Of a stretch of DNA of 64,000 bases, positions 63,044-64,000 are shown piece by piece (position 1 is the stretch's first letter; every line of letters starts with the position of its first letter). Location: IMG/VR virus record IMGVR_UViG_3300022752_000015, positions 1 to 64,000 of that record; one strand, given 5' to 3'. The position numbers and the translations under genes are program-made. The notes beneath the pieces are model-generated. The model did no database searches, was not told the DNA's origin, and was given only the letters and a program-made list of their open reading frames with translations.

Positions 63044-63574
63044 TTATGTGCCGACGAACAAAAACCAGTCATCATGCCATGAAGTAGACTTAGAAAGATC
63101 CCAATAATGAAGCGCGTTTGGTTCAACGGGAACTTTCAATAATTTCATGCCAGCTTCTTCAGGCGTCTTATTCCCTTTATTGTTGTTACAGTAACGACAT
63201 GCTGCAACGCAATTTTTCCACGTAGTAGCGCCACCTCGAGACGCAGGGTAGATGTGATCTACCGTTATGCCAGAATAGTTGAGCTCAATGCCGCAGTATT
63301 GACATTTCCAAGCATCACGATTGAATAAAACTTTCTTTTGAAATCTAGGTGGCTTAATATACTGCCTCTTATTCACGTAATACTTTAATCTTAAAACTGC
63401 AGGCAGTTGAATTCCTCGAGTCGGAGAGTTAACAATCTCATCCCAAAAGCAAGGCTCTCCTGTCATACCAGAAGCAACTTCAGCTCTACCTTTTAACATC
63501 AACTTAATAGCCCTAGAACCATCGATGAATTGTAAAGGTTCTCCATTAAAGTTTAAGAGAAGCGCTCTTTTCAT
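63044..63574 (-). CDS. HNH endonuclease
   Basis: RDAWKCQYCG, TVDHIYP..RGG..TW.N.V.AC..CN..K. Confidence 0.9.
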   Translation of the reverse strand: MKRALLLNFNGEPLQFIDGSRAIKLMLKGRAEVASGMTGEPCFWDEIVNSPTRGIQLPAVLRLKYYVNKRQYIKPPRFQKKVLFNRDAWKCQYCGIELNYSGITVDHIYPASRGGATTWKNCVAACRYCNNNKGNKTPEEAGMKLLKVPVEPNALHYWDLSKSTSWHDDWFLFVGT

Positions 63575-63593
63575 GGAGGAAACTCCTTTAACT

Positions 63594-64000
63594 TTAAATA
63601 TCGATGATCCCTGCAATTTGTGGTGAACCATATTGAGAATTTCCGACGCGAACGTTCAAGTTGTTGAGCAAATACTCATCATAATGACTGTGAGAGTGTC
63701 CCGATAAAATCGTGAACTTAACACGTGGATAAGCTCTTGCTGCAGATAGTAACGTATCACCTAAGGTTTTAGATGTATACCACGGCAAAATTGAAGCAGA
63801 ATTTGTTGGTCCGTACTTCGTACTATTGTAGGATTCTTTAAAAGGAGGAACGTGCGAGACAACGATGACGTGTTCATTTTTGTCACGAATGGCAGCCTTT
63901 ATTCCATTTGCTATATGGTTTACAGACGCGCTGCATATCGCTCTTGAAATTTTTATTATCACATCTTTGTTTATCGATTTACCTCCCAACGAAGGAAGGA
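63594..64000 (-). CDS. metallophosphoesterase, 5' end beyond window
   Basis: SHVPP and SGHSH motifs. Confidence 0.6.
   Translation of the reverse strand, partial: LPSLGGKSINKDVIIKISRAICSASVNHIANGIKAAIRDKNEHVIVVSHVPPFKESYNSTKYGPTNSASILPWYTSKTLGDTLLSAARAYPRVKFTILSGHSHSHYDEYLLNNLNVRVGNSQYGSPQIAGIIDI

Noticed and set aside
1-64000. Alternative genetic code (stop-codon reassignment)
   Set aside because: Long genes are intact in the standard code, and TAA, TGA and TAG all end coupled genes (e.g. TAG at 9519 and 16507).
1-64000. tRNA, rRNA, integrase or transposase
   Set aside because: None was recognised by eye; intergenic gaps are mostly too short. tRNAscan was not run.

Overview
This is a fragment of a very large dsDNA tailed-phage genome (jumbo or huge myovirus-like) using the standard genetic code. 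It encodes DnaE, a 5'-3' exonuclease, a GH24 endolysin and a virion fibre, and has Shine-Dalgarno and sigma70-type signals. The likely host is a Polyangia-type myxobacterium, judged from a GltG/AgmX-like gene, an FGE-sulfatase-fold protein and Cys-rich lipoproteins. Three zones are visible. (1) 1 to ~13 kb is a minus-strand early region. It holds a tandem, translationally coupled array of 40 or more KOW/SH3-like mini-genes driven by a repeated GTGAAA-N17/18-TAnnnT promoter. Its DNA is almost free of GAC/GTC and strongly depleted of GpC, so the proteins are nearly alanine-free. (2) ~13.6-28 kb is mixed: a LamG-type virion gene, a host-derived GltG homologue, a PD-(D/E)XK nuclease, the endolysin, a beta-helical fibre, an MBD4-like glycosylase and myxobacterial-type envelope proteins. 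(3) 28-64 kb holds replication, repair and metabolic genes (FEN, PolX, PMM-like HAD, isocitrate lyase, Nudix, nitrilase, SOD, Dps, IMPDH/GMPR, HNH) and many proteins sharing an 'LRRIIKEE' helix. It also holds a candidate cytosine-hypermodification cluster next to dnaE: an Asp-type thymidylate-synthase homologue, two NDP-sugar epimerases, a T4 beta-glucosyltransferase-like enzyme and a dNMP kinase. The most novel lead is that cluster together with the motif-purged early region. All counts are by eye and all family assignments are from motif recognition, without database searches.
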